35,171 bases of DNA from Erythrobacter sanguineus (GCA_943368305.1 CALRKX020000001.1:1-35171); one strand, 5' to 3'; shown: positions 1-10,853, numbered from the stretch's first letter. Translations and numbers: made by a program. The notes: a model not told the origin generated them from the letters alone.

Positions 1-223
1 CAAAGCCATGCCAGCCCCCACCCGCATCCTTTTGCCTTACCGATTTTCGGCAGGATCGGGAAGAAGTTTGATGTTGTATATAGGATCCAATCCAGTTTAG
101 GTGACATGGCGTTCCTGCGGGGGGTAGGGCACGCAACCAGAGGTGACGCCTTATGCCCAAATCATGGGCGGTCACATCGAACACTCCCCCGCATGTCGCC
201 CGTGAACGGACAATGGAAGTTTG

Positions 224-1417
224 ATGACCGAGTATGCGACCGCGCTTGACGCCTTCCGCCCCGTTCAGGCGCCGCCCATCCAGCTGGCAGAGCTGCGGGC
301 GCGGATCGTGCGGCTACAGGCGCAGATGGTCGCGGCAGGCGTAAAGGCGACCTGGCTGGATGCCTCCTCCTCGCTGACCTATTACACCGGGCTGTCGCTG
401 GGGCTGTCGGAACGGATTCACGGCGTGCTGCTGCCAGCAAGTGGCGCGATGATCTATGTCTCGCCCCAGTTCGAGGCGCCAAAGCTGCGGACCCTTTTGC
501 ACCTTCCCGGTGACATCGCGGTCTGGGAAGAACATGAAAACCCCTATGACCTGATTGCGGCCCGTCTGGCGGGCTTTGACGCGCCGGGCGCGGGCCTTGC
601 ACTGGATCCGGCAACGCCCTTTGTCTTTGCTTCGGCGCTGATGCAGGCCGTTCCTGGCCCCGTGACCTCGGCGCAAGGGATGATTTCTGCGCAACGGCAG
701 GTGAAATCGCCCGCCGAGCTTCAGCTGATGCAGACCGCGATGAAGGCGAGCTTTCGCGTACAAAAGGCGGTCCATGCCGGGCTGCGTGCGGGTATTTCAA
801 CCACCGAGGTCGCGGGTTTCATCCTTGAGGCCCATACCGCCCTGGGCCTCAAGCCGCTGTTTGCCGCCGTGCAATTCGGCGAGGCGACGGCCTATCCGCA
901 TGGCGTGCCGCAGCCGCAAGCGCTGGCGGCAGGGGATATGGTGCTGGTCGACATGGGCGGCACCTTGCAGGGCTATTCATCCGACATCACCCGGACCTAT
1001 GTGTTCGGCACCCCGACCCCCCGGCAGCGCCAGTTGTGGGAGCTGGAGCGGCAGGCGCAGGCCGCGGGCTTTGCAGCAGCCCGGATCGGCACGCCCTGCG
1101 CTGCGGTCGATGCGGCGGCGCGCAGGGTCTTTACCGATGCGGGCTTTGGCCCCGGTTATCAGGTTCCCGGCCTGCCGCACCGCACCGGGCATGGCCTGGG
1201 CCTCGATATTCACGAGGCGCCTTATATCGTGGGCGGCAACAGCACCCCGCTCGAGGCTGGCATGTGCTTTTCGATCGAGCCGATGCTGTGCGTCTATGGC
1301 GAATGCGGTGTCCGGCTGGAGGACATCGTCTACATGACAGACTCTGGCCCGCGCTGGTTTGTGCCCCCCGCAGTGCGGCTGGATGACCCTTTCGGCAGAA
1401 CAGAAATCGGGGCCTGA
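224..1417 (+). CDS. Xaa-Pro peptidase (M24 family, creatinase N-terminal domain)
   Basis: Metal-binding motifs VDMGG..GYSSDITRT, HRTGHGLGLDIHE, SIEP, GVRLED; ATG at 224 follows TTG at 221. Confidence 0.92.
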   Translation: MTEYATALDAFRPVQAPPIQLAELRARIVRLQAQMVAAGVKATWLDASSSLTYYTGLSLGLSERIHGVLLPASGAMIYVSPQFEAPKLRTLLHLPGDIAVWEEHENPYDLIAARLAGFDAPGAGLALDPATPFVFASALMQAVPGPVTSAQGMISAQRQVKSPAELQLMQTAMKASFRVQKAVHAGLRAGISTTEVAGFILEAHTALGLKPLFAAVQFGEATAYPHGVPQPQALAAGDMVLVDMGGTLQGYSSDITRTYVFGTPTPRQRQLWELERQAQAAGFAAARIGTPCAAVDAAARRVFTDAGFGPGYQVPGLPHRTGHGLGLDIHEAPYIVGGNSTPLEAGMCFSIEPMLCVYGECGVRLEDIVYMTDSGPRWFVPPAVRLDDPFGRTEIGA

Positions 1418-1432
1418 CCCAAGGTCAGGCCC
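1410..1432. terminator. perfect 10-bp stem-loop at the peptidase stop (terminator or mRNA processing/stability element)
   Basis: GGGCCTGACC-CAA-GGTCAGGCCC; no clear U-tract. Confidence 0.4.
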
Positions 1433-1497
1433 TGAAAAGTCCGGTCCGCCTGAACAGGGCCGGCGCAAGTTACAACAGAGAGTGAAAGGACCAAGAC

Positions 1498-3102
1498 ATG
1501 AAAATGCTGACCCGTATCCTTGTTGCGGCATCGGCCCTGGCGATGACCACCGCCATGCCCGCCCTTGCAAAAACCTTCGTCTATTGCTCGGAAGCCTCGC
1601 CCGAAGGCTTTGACCCTGCGCCCTATACCGCAGGCGGCACCTTCGACGCCTCGGCCCACCCGATCTATAACCGCCTGACCGAGTTCAAGAAGGGCACGAC
1701 CGAGGTTGAACCGGGCCTGGCCGAAAGCTGGGATGTCTCGGAAGACGGCACCGTCTATACCTTCCACCTGCGCAAGGGCGTGAAGTGGCAGTCGAACGAA
1801 AAGTTCACCCCCACCCGCGATTTCAACGCCGATGACGTGATCTTCTCGTATGACCGTCAGGGCAACCCGGCGAACCCCTGGCATCAGTATATTCCGGGCA
1901 TCACCTATGAATACTACACCTCGATGTCGATGCCGGAACTGATCAAGTCGATCGAAAAGGTCGATGACTACACCGTCAAGTTCACGCTGAACCAGCCCGA
2001 AGCGCCGTTCCTGGCCAATATCGCCATGCCCTTCGCCTCGATCGTGTCGAAGGAATATGCCGATGCGCTGGATGCGGCCGGCACCCGCGAAGACCTGAAC
2101 AACCTGCCGATCGGCACCGGCCCGTTCAAATTCGTGGTCTATCAGAAAGACGCCGTGATCCGCTATGCCAAGAACCCCGACTATTGGGGCCCGGCGCCGA
2201 TCATCGACGATCTGGTCTTTGCGATCACCCCCGATGCCGCCGTGCGCCTGCAAAAGCTGAAGGCCGGCGAATGCAACCTGATGCCCTATCCGGCCCCGGC
2301 CGACATTGCGGCGATCAAGGCCGACAGCACGCTGAAGCTGGATGAGCAGGCAGGCCTGAACGTGGGCTATCTGGCCTACAACACCACCATGGCGCCCTTC
2401 GACAACCCCAAGGTCCGCAAGGCGCTGAACATGGCGATCAACAAGCAGGCCATCGTCGATGCGGTGTTCCAAGGCGCTGCCGAACCGGCCAAGAACCCGA
2501 TCCCGCCGACCATGTGGTCCTATAACAACGCCGTCACCGACGACCCCTATGACCCCGAAGCGGCCAAGAAGATCCTGGCGGAAGAGGGTGTCAAGGATCT
2601 GTCGATGAAGATCTGGGCCATGCCGGTGCAGCGCCCCTACATGCCCAACGCCCGCCGCACGGCGGAACTGATGCAGGCCGATCTGGCCGCCGTCGGCGTC
2701 AAGGCCGAGATCGTTTCGTATGAATGGGGCGAATACCTGCAAAAGTCGATGGAGCCGGGCCGCGACGGTGCCGTGATCCTGGGCTGGACCGGCGACAACG
2801 GCGACCCCGACAACTTCCTGTCGGTGCTGTTGTCATGCGATTCCGCAGGCGAGGGCGGAGCAAACCGCGCCTTCTGGTGCAACGAGGATTTCTCGAAGCT
2901 TCTGAAGGACGCCAAGGTCACCGCCGACCAGGCCGAGCGCACCAAGCTTTATGAGCAGGCCCAGGTGATCTTCAAAGAGCAGGCACCCTGGTTCACCATC
3001 GCGCATTCGACCCAGTATGTGCCGATGTCGGCCAAGGTGACGGGCTTTGTGATGAGCCCCTTGGGCGACTTCACCTTTGAAACCGTGGATATTGCCGAGT
3101 AA
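1498..3102 (+). CDS. dppA: dipeptide ABC transporter substrate-binding protein (SBP family 5)
   Basis: Signal peptide ending PALA; [52 protein letters not shown]; RBS AAGGA. Confidence 0.95.
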   Translation: MKMLTRILVAASALAMTTAMPALAKTFVYCSEASPEGFDPAPYTAGGTFDASAHPIYNRLTEFKKGTTEVEPGLAESWDVSEDGTVYTFHLRKGVKWQSNEKFTPTRDFNADDVIFSYDRQGNPANPWHQYIPGITYEYYTSMSMPELIKSIEKVDDYTVKFTLNQPEAPFLANIAMPFASIVSKEYADALDAAGTREDLNNLPIGTGPFKFVVYQKDAVIRYAKNPDYWGPAPIIDDLVFAITPDAAVRLQKLKAGECNLMPYPAPADIAAIKADSTLKLDEQAGLNVGYLAYNTTMAPFDNPKVRKALNMAINKQAIVDAVFQGAAEPAKNPIPPTMWSYNNAVTDDPYDPEAAKKILAEEGVKDLSMKIWAMPVQRPYMPNARRTAELMQADLAAVGVKAEIVSYEWGEYLQKSMEPGRDGAVILGWTGDNGDPDNFLSVLLSCDSAGEGGANRAFWCNEDFSKLLKDAKVTADQAERTKLYEQAQVIFKEQAPWFTIAHSTQYVPMSAKVTGFVMSPLGDFTFETVDIAE

Positions 3103-3124
3103 TCGGCGTTTCTGACGAAACCGG

Positions 3125-3160
3125 GCGCGCGGGGGACAAAGGGTTTCCCGCGCGCTCTTT
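3125..3160 (+). terminator. stem-loop between dppA and dppB (differential stability or partial terminator)
   Basis: GCGCGCGGG (3125-3133) pairs with CCCGCGCGC (3147-3155), followed by TCTTT. Confidence 0.55.
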
Positions 3161-3176
3161 ACGAGGAACAAGGCGC

Positions 3177-4184
3177 ATGATCCGGTTTATCCTCTCCAAG
3201 CTCTTGTATCTGGTGCCGACCTTCCTGGGCATCACGATCATCGCGTTCAGCTTTGTCCGCATCCTGCCGGGCGATCCGGTGCTGCTGATGGCGGGCGAGC
3301 GCGGGGTCACCCCCGAACGCCATGCCGAACTGACCGCGCAACTGGGCTATGACAAGCCGGTGGTGCTGCAATATTTCGACTTTCTCGGGCGGCTGATGCA
3401 CGGCGATTTAGGCAATTCTCTGGTCACCAAGAAGCCCGTCCTCACCGAATTCCTGTCCCTGTTCCCGGCCACGGTCGAACTGGGTCTTTGCGCCATCCTC
3501 ATCGCCACGCTGATCGGCGTGCCGGTGGGCGTTCTGGCCGCCATCAAGCGCGGCAGCTGGTTCGACCAGATATCCATGACCACCGCGCTGATCGGGTTTT
3601 CGATGCCGATCTTCTGGTGGGGGCTGCTGTTGATCATCCTGTTCTCCGGCATCCTGGGCTGGACGCCGGTTTCGGGGCGGATCAGCCTGTTGTACTTCTT
3701 TCCCAACGTCACCGGCTTCATGCTGATCGACAGCCTTCTGTCGGGGCAGAAGGGGGCCTTCGCCTCGGCGATAAGCCACCTGATCCTGCCCTCGGTGGTG
3801 CTGGCCACGATCCCGCTGGCGGTGATCGCGCGGCAGACCCGCTCGGCCATGCTGGAGGTGATGGGTGAGGATTACGTCCGCACCGCCCGCGCCAAGGGGA
3901 TGCCGTTGCGCCGTGTCATCGGCGTCCATGCGCTGAGGAATGCGATGATTCCGGTCGTCACCACCATCGGCTTGCAGATCGGCGTGCTGATGGCCGGCGC
4001 CATCCTGACCGAGACCATCTTTTCCTGGCCCGGCATCGGCAAGTGGATGATCGATTCCATCTCTCGCCGGGACTATCCGGTCGTGCAATCGGGCCTGCTG
4101 CTGGTCGCAGCCCTGGTCATGGTCGTGAACCTTCTGGTCGATCTGACCTATGGCCTCATCAACCCGAGGATCCGCAACAAATGA
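3177..4184 (+). CDS. dppB: dipeptide ABC transporter permease
   Basis: PGDPV, FPATVEL, DYVRTARAKG, HALRNA, TETIFSWPGIG, RDYPVVQ. Confidence 0.95.
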   Translation: MIRFILSKLLYLVPTFLGITIIAFSFVRILPGDPVLLMAGERGVTPERHAELTAQLGYDKPVVLQYFDFLGRLMHGDLGNSLVTKKPVLTEFLSLFPATVELGLCAILIATLIGVPVGVLAAIKRGSWFDQISMTTALIGFSMPIFWWGLLLIILFSGILGWTPVSGRISLLYFFPNVTGFMLIDSLLSGQKGAFASAISHLILPSVVLATIPLAVIARQTRSAMLEVMGEDYVRTARAKGMPLRRVIGVHALRNAMIPVVTTIGLQIGVLMAGAILTETIFSWPGIGKWMIDSISRRDYPVVQSGLLLVAALVMVVNLLVDLTYGLINPRIRNK

Positions 4185-5095
4185 GCGACATCCCCTCCAC
4201 CGCCCCCGTCCGCCTGTCGGATGCCGCCATCCGCCGCCGTATGCTGCGCGAATTCTGGTTCTATTTCAGCCAGAACCGCGGTGCCGTCGTGGGCCTTGTG
4301 GTCTTTGTCCTGATGGTTCTGATCGCGGTTTTCGCCAGTGTGATCGCGCCGCATGATCCGATCGTGCAATACCGCGATGCCCTGCTGGTGCCACCTGCCT
4401 GGCAAGAGGGCGGGCAATCGGCCTATCTCTTGGGCACCGACGCCGTGGGCCGGGACATGCTGTCGCGGCTGATCTTCGGCGCGCAATATTCGCTGTTCAT
4501 CGGCATCGTCGTCGTTTCGATCGCGCTGGTCGGCGGCATCGTCATCGGGCTTCTGGCCGGGTTCTTCGGCGGCGGGGTCGACAGCGTGATCATGCGCGTC
4601 ATGGATGTGATCCTGGCTTTCCCGTCGCTGCTGCTGGCGCTTGTGCTGGTGGCCGTGCTGGGGCCGGGGCTGACCAATGCGATGATCGCCATCGCCATCG
4701 TCTATCAGCCCCATTTCGCCCGCCTGACCCGTGCGGCAGTGATGAGCGAGATGAAGCGCGAATATGTCACCGCCGCCCGCGTCGCCGGGGCAGGGAACCT
4801 GCGGCTGATGTTCAAGACCATCCTGCCCAACTGCCTTGCGCCCCTGATCGTGCAGGCCACGCTGTCGTTTTCCTCGGCCGTGCTGGATTCCGCCGCCCTT
4901 GGCTTTCTGGGCATGGGCGCGCAGCCGCCCAGCCCCGAATGGGGCACCATGCTGGCCGAGGCGCGCGAATTCATCCTGCGCGCCTGGTGGGTGGTCACCT
5001 TCCCCGGCCTTGCCATCCTGATCTCGGTGCTGGCGATCAACCTGATGGGTGACGGCCTGCGCGATGCGCTTGACCCGAAACTGAAGCGGAGCTGA
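4181..5095 (+). CDS. dppC: dipeptide ABC transporter permease
   Basis: LLGTDAVGRDMLSRL, EYVTAARVAGA, PEWGTML, GDGLRDALDPK; ATGA overlap with dppB stop. Confidence 0.95.
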   Translation: MSDIPSTAPVRLSDAAIRRRMLREFWFYFSQNRGAVVGLVVFVLMVLIAVFASVIAPHDPIVQYRDALLVPPAWQEGGQSAYLLGTDAVGRDMLSRLIFGAQYSLFIGIVVVSIALVGGIVIGLLAGFFGGGVDSVIMRVMDVILAFPSLLLALVLVAVLGPGLTNAMIAIAIVYQPHFARLTRAAVMSEMKREYVTAARVAGAGNLRLMFKTILPNCLAPLIVQATLSFSSAVLDSAALGFLGMGAQPPSPEWGTMLAEAREFILRAWWVVTFPGLAILISVLAINLMGDGLRDALDPKLKRS

Positions 5096-5099
5096 CATC

Positions 5100-5939
5100 A
5101 TGGCGCTTCTGAACATCAAGAACCTGACGGTCAAATTTGCCACCGCCACCGGCAGCTTTACCGCCGTCGATGGCATCGACGTGCAGGTGGACAAGGGCGA
5201 GGTGCTGGCCATCGTCGGCGAAAGCGGCTCGGGCAAGTCGGTCTCGATGCTGGCAGTGATGGGGCTTTTGCCCGACACCGCCACCATCACCGCCGACGAG
5301 ATGACCTATGACGGCCGCGACATCGCAAACCTGTCCGCCGCCGAACGGCGCAAGCTGATCGGACGCGAGATCACCATGATCTTCCAGGAGCCCGTCGCCT
5401 CGCTGAACCCCAGCTTCACCACGGGCTTCCAGATCGAGGAGGTGCTGCGCTTCAACCTTGGCATGTCCCGGCGCGAGGCCCGCGCCCGCGCGCTGGAGCT
5501 GTTCCGCGCCGTGGGCATCCCCGAGCCCGAGGAAAAGTTGAAATCCTATCCGCACCAGATGTCGGGCGGGCAGTGCCAGCGCGTGATGATAGCCATGGCC
5601 ATCGCCAGCAATCCGCGCCTTCTGATCGCCGATGAACCGACCACCGCGCTGGATGTGACGATTCAAAAGCAGATCCTCGATCTCTTGATGAAGCTGCAAG
5701 AGGATTACGGCATGGCCCTGATCCTGATCACCCATGACATGGGCGTGGTGGCAGAAACCGCCGACCGGGTGGTGGTGCAATACAAGGGCAAGAAGATGGA
5801 AGAAGCCGACGTGCTGAGCCTGTTTGAAAGCCCGCAGCACCCCTATACCCGCGCGCTCCTCTCGGCGCTGCCCGAGAATGCCACTGGCGACCGGCTGCCC
5901 ACCGTATCCGACTTCTTCACGCAGGAGGCCGCAGGATGA
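5100..5939 (+). CDS. dppD: dipeptide ABC transporter ATP-binding protein
   Basis: Walker A GESGSGKS, signature MSGGQ, Walker [21 protein letters not shown]. Confidence 0.93.
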   Translation: MALLNIKNLTVKFATATGSFTAVDGIDVQVDKGEVLAIVGESGSGKSVSMLAVMGLLPDTATITADEMTYDGRDIANLSAAERRKLIGREITMIFQEPVASLNPSFTTGFQIEEVLRFNLGMSRREARARALELFRAVGIPEPEEKLKSYPHQMSGGQCQRVMIAMAIASNPRLLIADEPTTALDVTIQKQILDLLMKLQEDYGMALILITHDMGVVAETADRVVVQYKGKKMEEADVLSLFESPQHPYTRALLSALPENATGDRLPTVSDFFTQEAAG

Positions 5940-6805
5940 CCGCCGCCGCAAAAACCCCGGCAGCACCCCCGGTCGTCGAAGGCCGCGCCATCATCCAGGA
6001 CTATCACATCCCCGGCGGCCTGTTCGGCGGCGCCAAGACGGTGCGTGCACTGAAAGGCGTGGATTTCAAGGTGGAAAAGGGCAAGACCCTGGCCATCGTC
6101 GGCGAAAGCGGCTCGGGCAAGTCGACGCTGGCCCGCGTGATCGCCCTGATCGACGCCCCCTCGGGCGGCGAGTTGCGGATCGACGGCCAGCGTGTCGACA
6201 TTCGCGCGCAGCGCCCCGGCCCCGAGATGCGGTCGAAGGTGCAGATGGTGTTCCAGAACCCCTATGGCAGCCTGAACCCGCGCCAGAAAATCGGCGATGT
6301 GCTGATGGAGCCCCTGGTGATCAACACCAAGGTCCCCGCGGCCGAGCGGCGCGAGCGGGCCGAAGCGATGCTGAAGAAGGTCGGGCTGCAACCCGAACAC
6401 TTCAACCGCTATCCCCATATGTTCTCTGGCGGGCAGCGCCAGCGCATCGCCATTGCGCGCGCGCTGATGCTGAACCCCTCGCTTCTGGTGCTGGATGAAC
6501 CCGTCTCGGCGCTGGACCTGTCGGTGCAGGCGCAGGTTCTGAACCTTCTGGCCGATTTGCAGGACGAGTTCGGGCTGACCTATGTGTTCGTCAGCCATGA
6601 CCTGTCGGTCGTGCGCTATATTGCCGACGACGTGATGGTGATCTCGAAAGGTGAGGCGGTCGAGCAGGGCAGCCGCGAGGCGATCTTTGCCGACCCGCAA
6701 CATTCCTATACCCGCCAGCTTTTCGCAGCGACGCCGGTAACGGATGTGGCCGCCATCCGCACAAGGGTGGAACGCCGCCGTCTTGCGCGGGCAGGGACGG
6801 AGTAG
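5936..6805 (+). CDS. dppF: dipeptide ABC transporter ATP-binding protein
   Basis: [32 protein letters not shown]; ATGA overlap with dppD. Confidence 0.93.
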   Translation: MTAAAKTPAAPPVVEGRAIIQDYHIPGGLFGGAKTVRALKGVDFKVEKGKTLAIVGESGSGKSTLARVIALIDAPSGGELRIDGQRVDIRAQRPGPEMRSKVQMVFQNPYGSLNPRQKIGDVLMEPLVINTKVPAAERRERAEAMLKKVGLQPEHFNRYPHMFSGGQRQRIAIARALMLNPSLLVLDEPVSALDLSVQAQVLNLLADLQDEFGLTYVFVSHDLSVVRYIADDVMVISKGEAVEQGSREAIFADPQHSYTRQLFAATPVTDVAAIRTRVERRRLARAGTE

Positions 6806-6971
6806 CCATCCGGCCATCCGGGGCAAGGACGAGGGGCAGGGCGCGGGGCGGCTAGGTGTGGGCGGCCTTGTATCACAGATCACCGTTCCAGCCAGCCGCC
6901 CACCCGCCCGCCTCGGGTTTTGCTTGCAGACTGCACCGGAACGCGTCACCGCTAGGAAAAACGGGGCAGGC

Positions 6972-7643
6972 ATGGACGAGACGGGGCAGAGGCAGGCGGA
7001 TTGGCGGCATCCGGTGGTGCTGGCGATCCTTGTCCTGTGCCTGGTGCCGGAACTGGTGCTGTCAGGGGCCGACGCGGGCCTGTGGGGCGATCCTTACTGG
7101 CGGCGATGGGCCTTGCAGAACGCGGGCTTCTGGTCGGGGCTGCTGCACAACTGGCGACCCAACTATGCGCTGCAACCCTATGCGATGTTTCTGACCTATG
7201 GCTTCCTTCATGCCGGGGCGGTGCATTTTATCGTCAACATGATGACGCTGATCTCGCTGGGGCCGCCTCTGGCAGATCTTTTTGGCGCAAGGCGCCTGGT
7301 GGTTCTGTATGCCGGGTCGATTCTGGGCGGGGCCCTGGGCTTTGCCGCGCTGTCCTCCGAGGTGCTGCCGATGGTCGGCGCCTCTGGGGCGCTGTTCGGT
7401 CTGGCCGGGGCGCATGTGGCGCTGCATTATCAGGAACGTCGCGCCCTCCATGCCCCGCAAGGGCCGGTCTTGCGCGCAATCCTGGGGCTGGTCGGGCTGA
7501 ATCTGGTGCTGTGGTGGGCGATGAACGGGCAACTGGCCTGGCAGACCCACCTGGGCGGCTTTGTCAGCGGCTGGATTCTGGCGCTGTGGCTGAACCCCGA
7601 CCCGGTCGATTCGTCCCCCCCCGATCCTTTGGACATGGTTTAG
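6972..7643 (+). CDS. rhomboid family intramembrane serine protease
   Basis: TYGFLHAG..HF..NM, catalytic GASGA and HLGG, multiple TM segments; start moved to ATG 6972. Confidence 0.9.
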   Translation: MDETGQRQADWRHPVVLAILVLCLVPELVLSGADAGLWGDPYWRRWALQNAGFWSGLLHNWRPNYALQPYAMFLTYGFLHAGAVHFIVNMMTLISLGPPLADLFGARRLVVLYAGSILGGALGFAALSSEVLPMVGASGALFGLAGAHVALHYQERRALHAPQGPVLRAILGLVGLNLVLWWAMNGQLAWQTHLGGFVSGWILALWLNPDPVDSSPPDPLDMV

Positions 7644-7832
7644 AATTCGGGCGCCAGATCAGGCATCTGGCGCATTTCCGCCCCCTCTGGCGGCAAAAAA
7701 GGCCTAAACCGCCGGTTGCTTTCGTCTGCCGCAAGAAAAGCTGGACCTTGGCGGGAAGTCTGTCACGCTTGGGGGGTAAAGTTTGATCTGGTTATTGGTT
7801 CTTGTCCGCAGATTTCCAGAAGGAAGCCGCAG

Positions 7833-8051
7833 ATGGATATTTCCACGATCTTGATGGGCCTTTACCTGCTTGTGGCCCTTTTCGTCGGTGCCATGACCTA
7901 TGCCGAACAGCGCCAGACGCCCGCGCGCAGCAAGCTTTTCACAGGGTTGGCCTATCTGACCTGCGCGCTGTGGCCACTGGCCGTGGCGGCGCTGCTGGTG
8001 TCACTGCAACTTGACCGGATGGCTTTGGCGCGCCGTCAGGCCCACGCCTGA
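7833..8051 (+). CDS. small hypothetical membrane protein (72 aa, two predicted TM helices)
   Basis: RBS AAGGAAG before ATG 7833; two hydrophobic stretches with LWP motif; hairpin GCGGCCCG-CCGC-CGGGTCGC just downstream. Confidence 0.65.
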   Translation: MDISTILMGLYLLVALFVGAMTYAEQRQTPARSKLFTGLAYLTCALWPLAVAALLVSLQLDRMALARRQAHA

Positions 8052-8417
8052 TTTTGCGGCCCGCCGCCGGGTCGCCCCCCGGGTTGTCAGCGACAGAATG
8101 ACATAATCTTCATTAGCGGATGAAGATTCTGCTCCACGGCTGCGCCCCAGATCGTCCTGCCCGTATAGCCGCGAAAGCCCCGCCCACCAGTGCCGCAAGA
8201 CGACAGCGGCGGCGGCAGACCGCGGATCTTCGGCCCCGTAGAGCGTGGCCGACAGGGTGTCGAACGCCGCAGCCCCCCGTTCCTGGCAAAGAGAAATGCC
8301 AAGGGCCAGCATCTCGCGGTATTCGGGTGATCGGGCCAGAACCCGATCCTCGGGCGGACGACCGCCTTTGGTCAGCGTTTCATACAACTGGCGCGCACGC
8401 AGCACTTTGTCGTCCAA
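8001..8417 (-). CDS. hypothetical protein (uncertain)
   Basis: G/A-rich RBS-like sequence before TTG 8417; protein-like helical sequence (LDDKVLRARQLYETL..EYREMLALGISLCQERG..HWWAGL); 3' end overlaps the convergent small gene. Confidence 0.35.
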   Translation of the reverse strand: MDDKVLRARQLYETLTKGGRPPEDRVLARSPEYREMLALGISLCQERGAAAFDTLSATLYGAEDPRSAAAAVVLRHWWAGLSRLYGQDDLGRSRGAESSSANEDYVILSLTTRGATRRRAAKSGVGLTARQSHPVKLQ

Positions 8418-8592
8418 TCCCCCGCCCCCTCGTCCTCGTCCTGATCCGCAGGGCTTCGTCGCAGCAACGATGGCCCTGCCCGCAGTTTCGCGCCCGGATG
8501 GGGCTTTTCCGCGGCGAAGGTGGGGGAGGAATATGGACAAGGCCCTGACGTGACGCGCGCCACGGCAGGAAAGGGTTAACATTCCCGTGCAA

Positions 8593-9672
8593 TCACGAGG
8601 CGGCGGCCGTTCCCCGCAGCGCCCAAGGGGTGGCCCTGCCCTCTCCGGCGATGAAGGCCAGATCGGCACGAATCTGATCATCCGACACCGCCGCCATACC
8701 GCCATGCGACGGCACGCTGATGATGCGGCGGAAGATGTCGCTTGCCCGCGGCAGGCTGGCCAGCGGGCGGTAGTATTTCGCTGCCATGAAATGCTGCAAT
8801 TGCCCCGGCATATCCTCGGGCACCGTGGCATCCGACAACAGTGCCACGCTGGTCAGGGCCACATGGGGCACACCCCCGCCACATAGCGGCACCAGCCCGA
8901 CCTCTGCCGCCAGCGTCACGATCCGCTGGCGCTGCTCGGTCGAGGCGGCGATCCAGTTTGGCGCATCCATCAGCCGGTCCAGCAGGAAGGCGCAAGAAAT
9001 ATCAGAGATCTTGCCGTTGTTCAGCCAGGCCTCGGGCGGCTCTGGCGCGCGGTCGCCATAGGTGATCAGGGGTTCCAGTTCGCCCACCGCCTCGGCAGGC
9101 ACCAGGATCAGCCCGCCCTCGCCCATGCCATAGGGTTTGGTGTGGTGCAGGCTGAGGGCCTGCCAGCCCCAATCGGGCATCCGGCTGCCGATCCCGGCGG
9201 CATTGTCCAGAAGCAGGGGCAGGTTCCGCGCCTTGGCAAAGGCGATCACCTCCTCGAACCCCGGGGCATGGCCCATCGGATTGACGGCGATTATACCGTC
9301 ATAGCTGCCCGGGTCCATCGCCTGCAACGCGGCCATGTCCAGCATCGCATCCGCATCGCAATCGACGAACTGCACATCGGCGAAGTAGCCGCGCCCCAGA
9401 TTGCGAAAGGCAAAGGCGGGTGCCAGCCAGCGCAAGCGGCGGCCGAACCGCATGGCCCACAGCCGCGCCATCGCTTCCAGCGCGATGCCGGCATTGGCAC
9501 AAGGGATCAGGCAAACATCGGGCGGCAAGCCCATATGGGCGGCCATCTCATTTTTGAAAAGATGCCACAGCGGCCCGCCATTGGCCCAATGGTTCCGGGC
9601 GGCACTCGCCTCCAGCAGCCGACCGACCCGCGCAAGATCGGGTCGCTTGTCTTCAATGAAACTGACCTTCAT
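8593..9672 (-). CDS. DegT/DnrJ/EryC1/StrS family PLP-dependent sugar aminotransferase
   Basis: HWANGGP, ANAGIAL, LLDNAA, SLHHTKPYGMGEGG (PLP lysine motif), NGKISD, KYYRPL; start at MKVSFIEDK. Confidence 0.85.
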   Translation of the reverse strand: MKVSFIEDKRPDLARVGRLLEASAARNHWANGGPLWHLFKNEMAAHMGLPPDVCLIPCANAGIALEAMARLWAMRFGRRLRWLAPAFAFRNLGRGYFADVQFVDCDADAMLDMAALQAMDPGSYDGIIAVNPMGHAPGFEEVIAFAKARNLPLLLDNAAGIGSRMPDWGWQALSLHHTKPYGMGEGGLILVPAEAVGELEPLITYGDRAPEPPEAWLNNGKISDISCAFLLDRLMDAPNWIAASTEQRQRIVTLAAEVGLVPLCGGGVPHVALTSVALLSDATVPEDMPGQLQHFMAAKYYRPLASLPRASDIFRRIISVPSHGGMAAVSDDQIRADLAFIAGEGRATPWALRGTAAAS

Positions 9673-10017
9673 CTGAACACAACACCGCACAAATACCGAA
9701 ACCGCCGCAAAGAGCGCCCGGCCCATGGCCGGACCATATGAAGGCCAGATGCCCCACCCATCATCACAGCTCCCCCAAGCTGATCCGCCCCGGAAAATAC
9801 CGGGAGGACAGCCTGATGTGAGCGGAAAACCGCTGGCGAGTCGAGGAGAAGTTGGTGGCAGGCCACAATCCGCACGTGCTGGAAACAATTCAACACGAAT
9901 GGCGTTATTGTTCTAAATTTTGCAATTCAAATGACGACACAAGACGGCCAGTGCAGGCCCCTGAAATGCAATCGGGCGCCCTGTGGGCGCCCGACAATAT
10001 CAGAAAGTTTTCAGGCT

Positions 10018-10563
10018 TCAGGCGCGCTTGGCGCGACGGCGCAGCGAGCCAAGGCCCATCAGCGCACCACCCAGCAGCAGGCCAGCAGCCGGAACCGGAA
10101 CGGGCGAGACCGAAACAGCGTCGATGTCAAAGCCATCGAAGGACTTGCCCTTCTTGGGGGTGGTGTCGACGATCTTGATCTGGGTGAAGACACCCTTGGC
10201 CGCGAAGGTGGTGGCCAGGTAGTTCTTGAGCGACGCGATCAGCGTCCAGGTCGTGCCATCGCCCACATAGACGTCAGCGAATTCCGGCTGTTTCTTCGGG
10301 TCGTTGAAGGTGACCTCGAAGATCTTGCCAACAGCCCGGAAGGGCTGGGCGAAGGACAGCACGATCGAACCACCGATGCCCAACGAGACGAACAGGCCGT
10401 CTTCGGCACCCAGGGCAGCCGTCGGGAAGTCACGACCGGCGAGGGTCTTCTTGAAAAGACCTTTGTTATAGGAAACCACCGAATCTGCGTAGATCGGGGC
10501 AGCATTGGAAGCGGCAGGCGCAAGCAGAGCGGCCGCGAGGACGAGAGATTTGAGGAACGTCAT
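10018..10563 (-). CDS. VPLPA-CTERM (PEP-CTERM-like) sorting-signal surface protein
   Basis: N-terminal signal peptide; C-terminal SPVPVPAAGLLLGGALMGLGSLRRRAKRA (motif + TM helix + basic tail). Confidence 0.88.
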   Translation of the reverse strand: MTFLKSLVLAAALLAPAASNAAPIYADSVVSYNKGLFKKTLAGRDFPTAALGAEDGLFVSLGIGGSIVLSFAQPFRAVGKIFEVTFNDPKKQPEFADVYVGDGTTWTLIASLKNYLATTFAAKGVFTQIKIVDTTPKKGKSFDGFDIDAVSVSPVPVPAAGLLLGGALMGLGSLRRRAKRA

Positions 10564-10853
10564 GAAAGCGGACTCCTGTCGAAAAACATCTTTTTCCAGT
10601 TAGCACATGCAGCATGCCAAAACGATAAATATCTTTCGTCCCGGCGAGATTACGCACATGTGATGGAAACAATGCTGCAGCAGCGCACAAAATGGGCAAC
10701 CGGCAGAAACAATACCCAAGGCATTGTTCTAAAAGACCGCAGCTTTGCCTGAATTTCGCTTCCAAAAAAACGGCACCCCTCCCAACGGGTGATTCGCTGG
10801 GCGCGAATACAACCTCAATGCGTATCCGTGTCGCTTTCTGCCATGCAGAAACT

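Noticed and set aside
70-95. TTGTATATAGGATCCAA as a GntR-like operator upstream of the peptidase
   Set aside because: Imperfect palindrome, single copy, and no regulator gene visible in the window
5100-6805. DppD/DppF shorter than enterobacterial homologues
   Set aside because: All ATPase motifs are intact; short C-termini are common in alphaproteobacterial dpp operons
1330-6973. Long antisense ORFs over dpp (1330..2742, 4148..5290, 5037..5966, 5843..6973)
   Set aside because: Shadow frames of high-GC3 genes; no motifs, and they lie opposite well-supported CDSs
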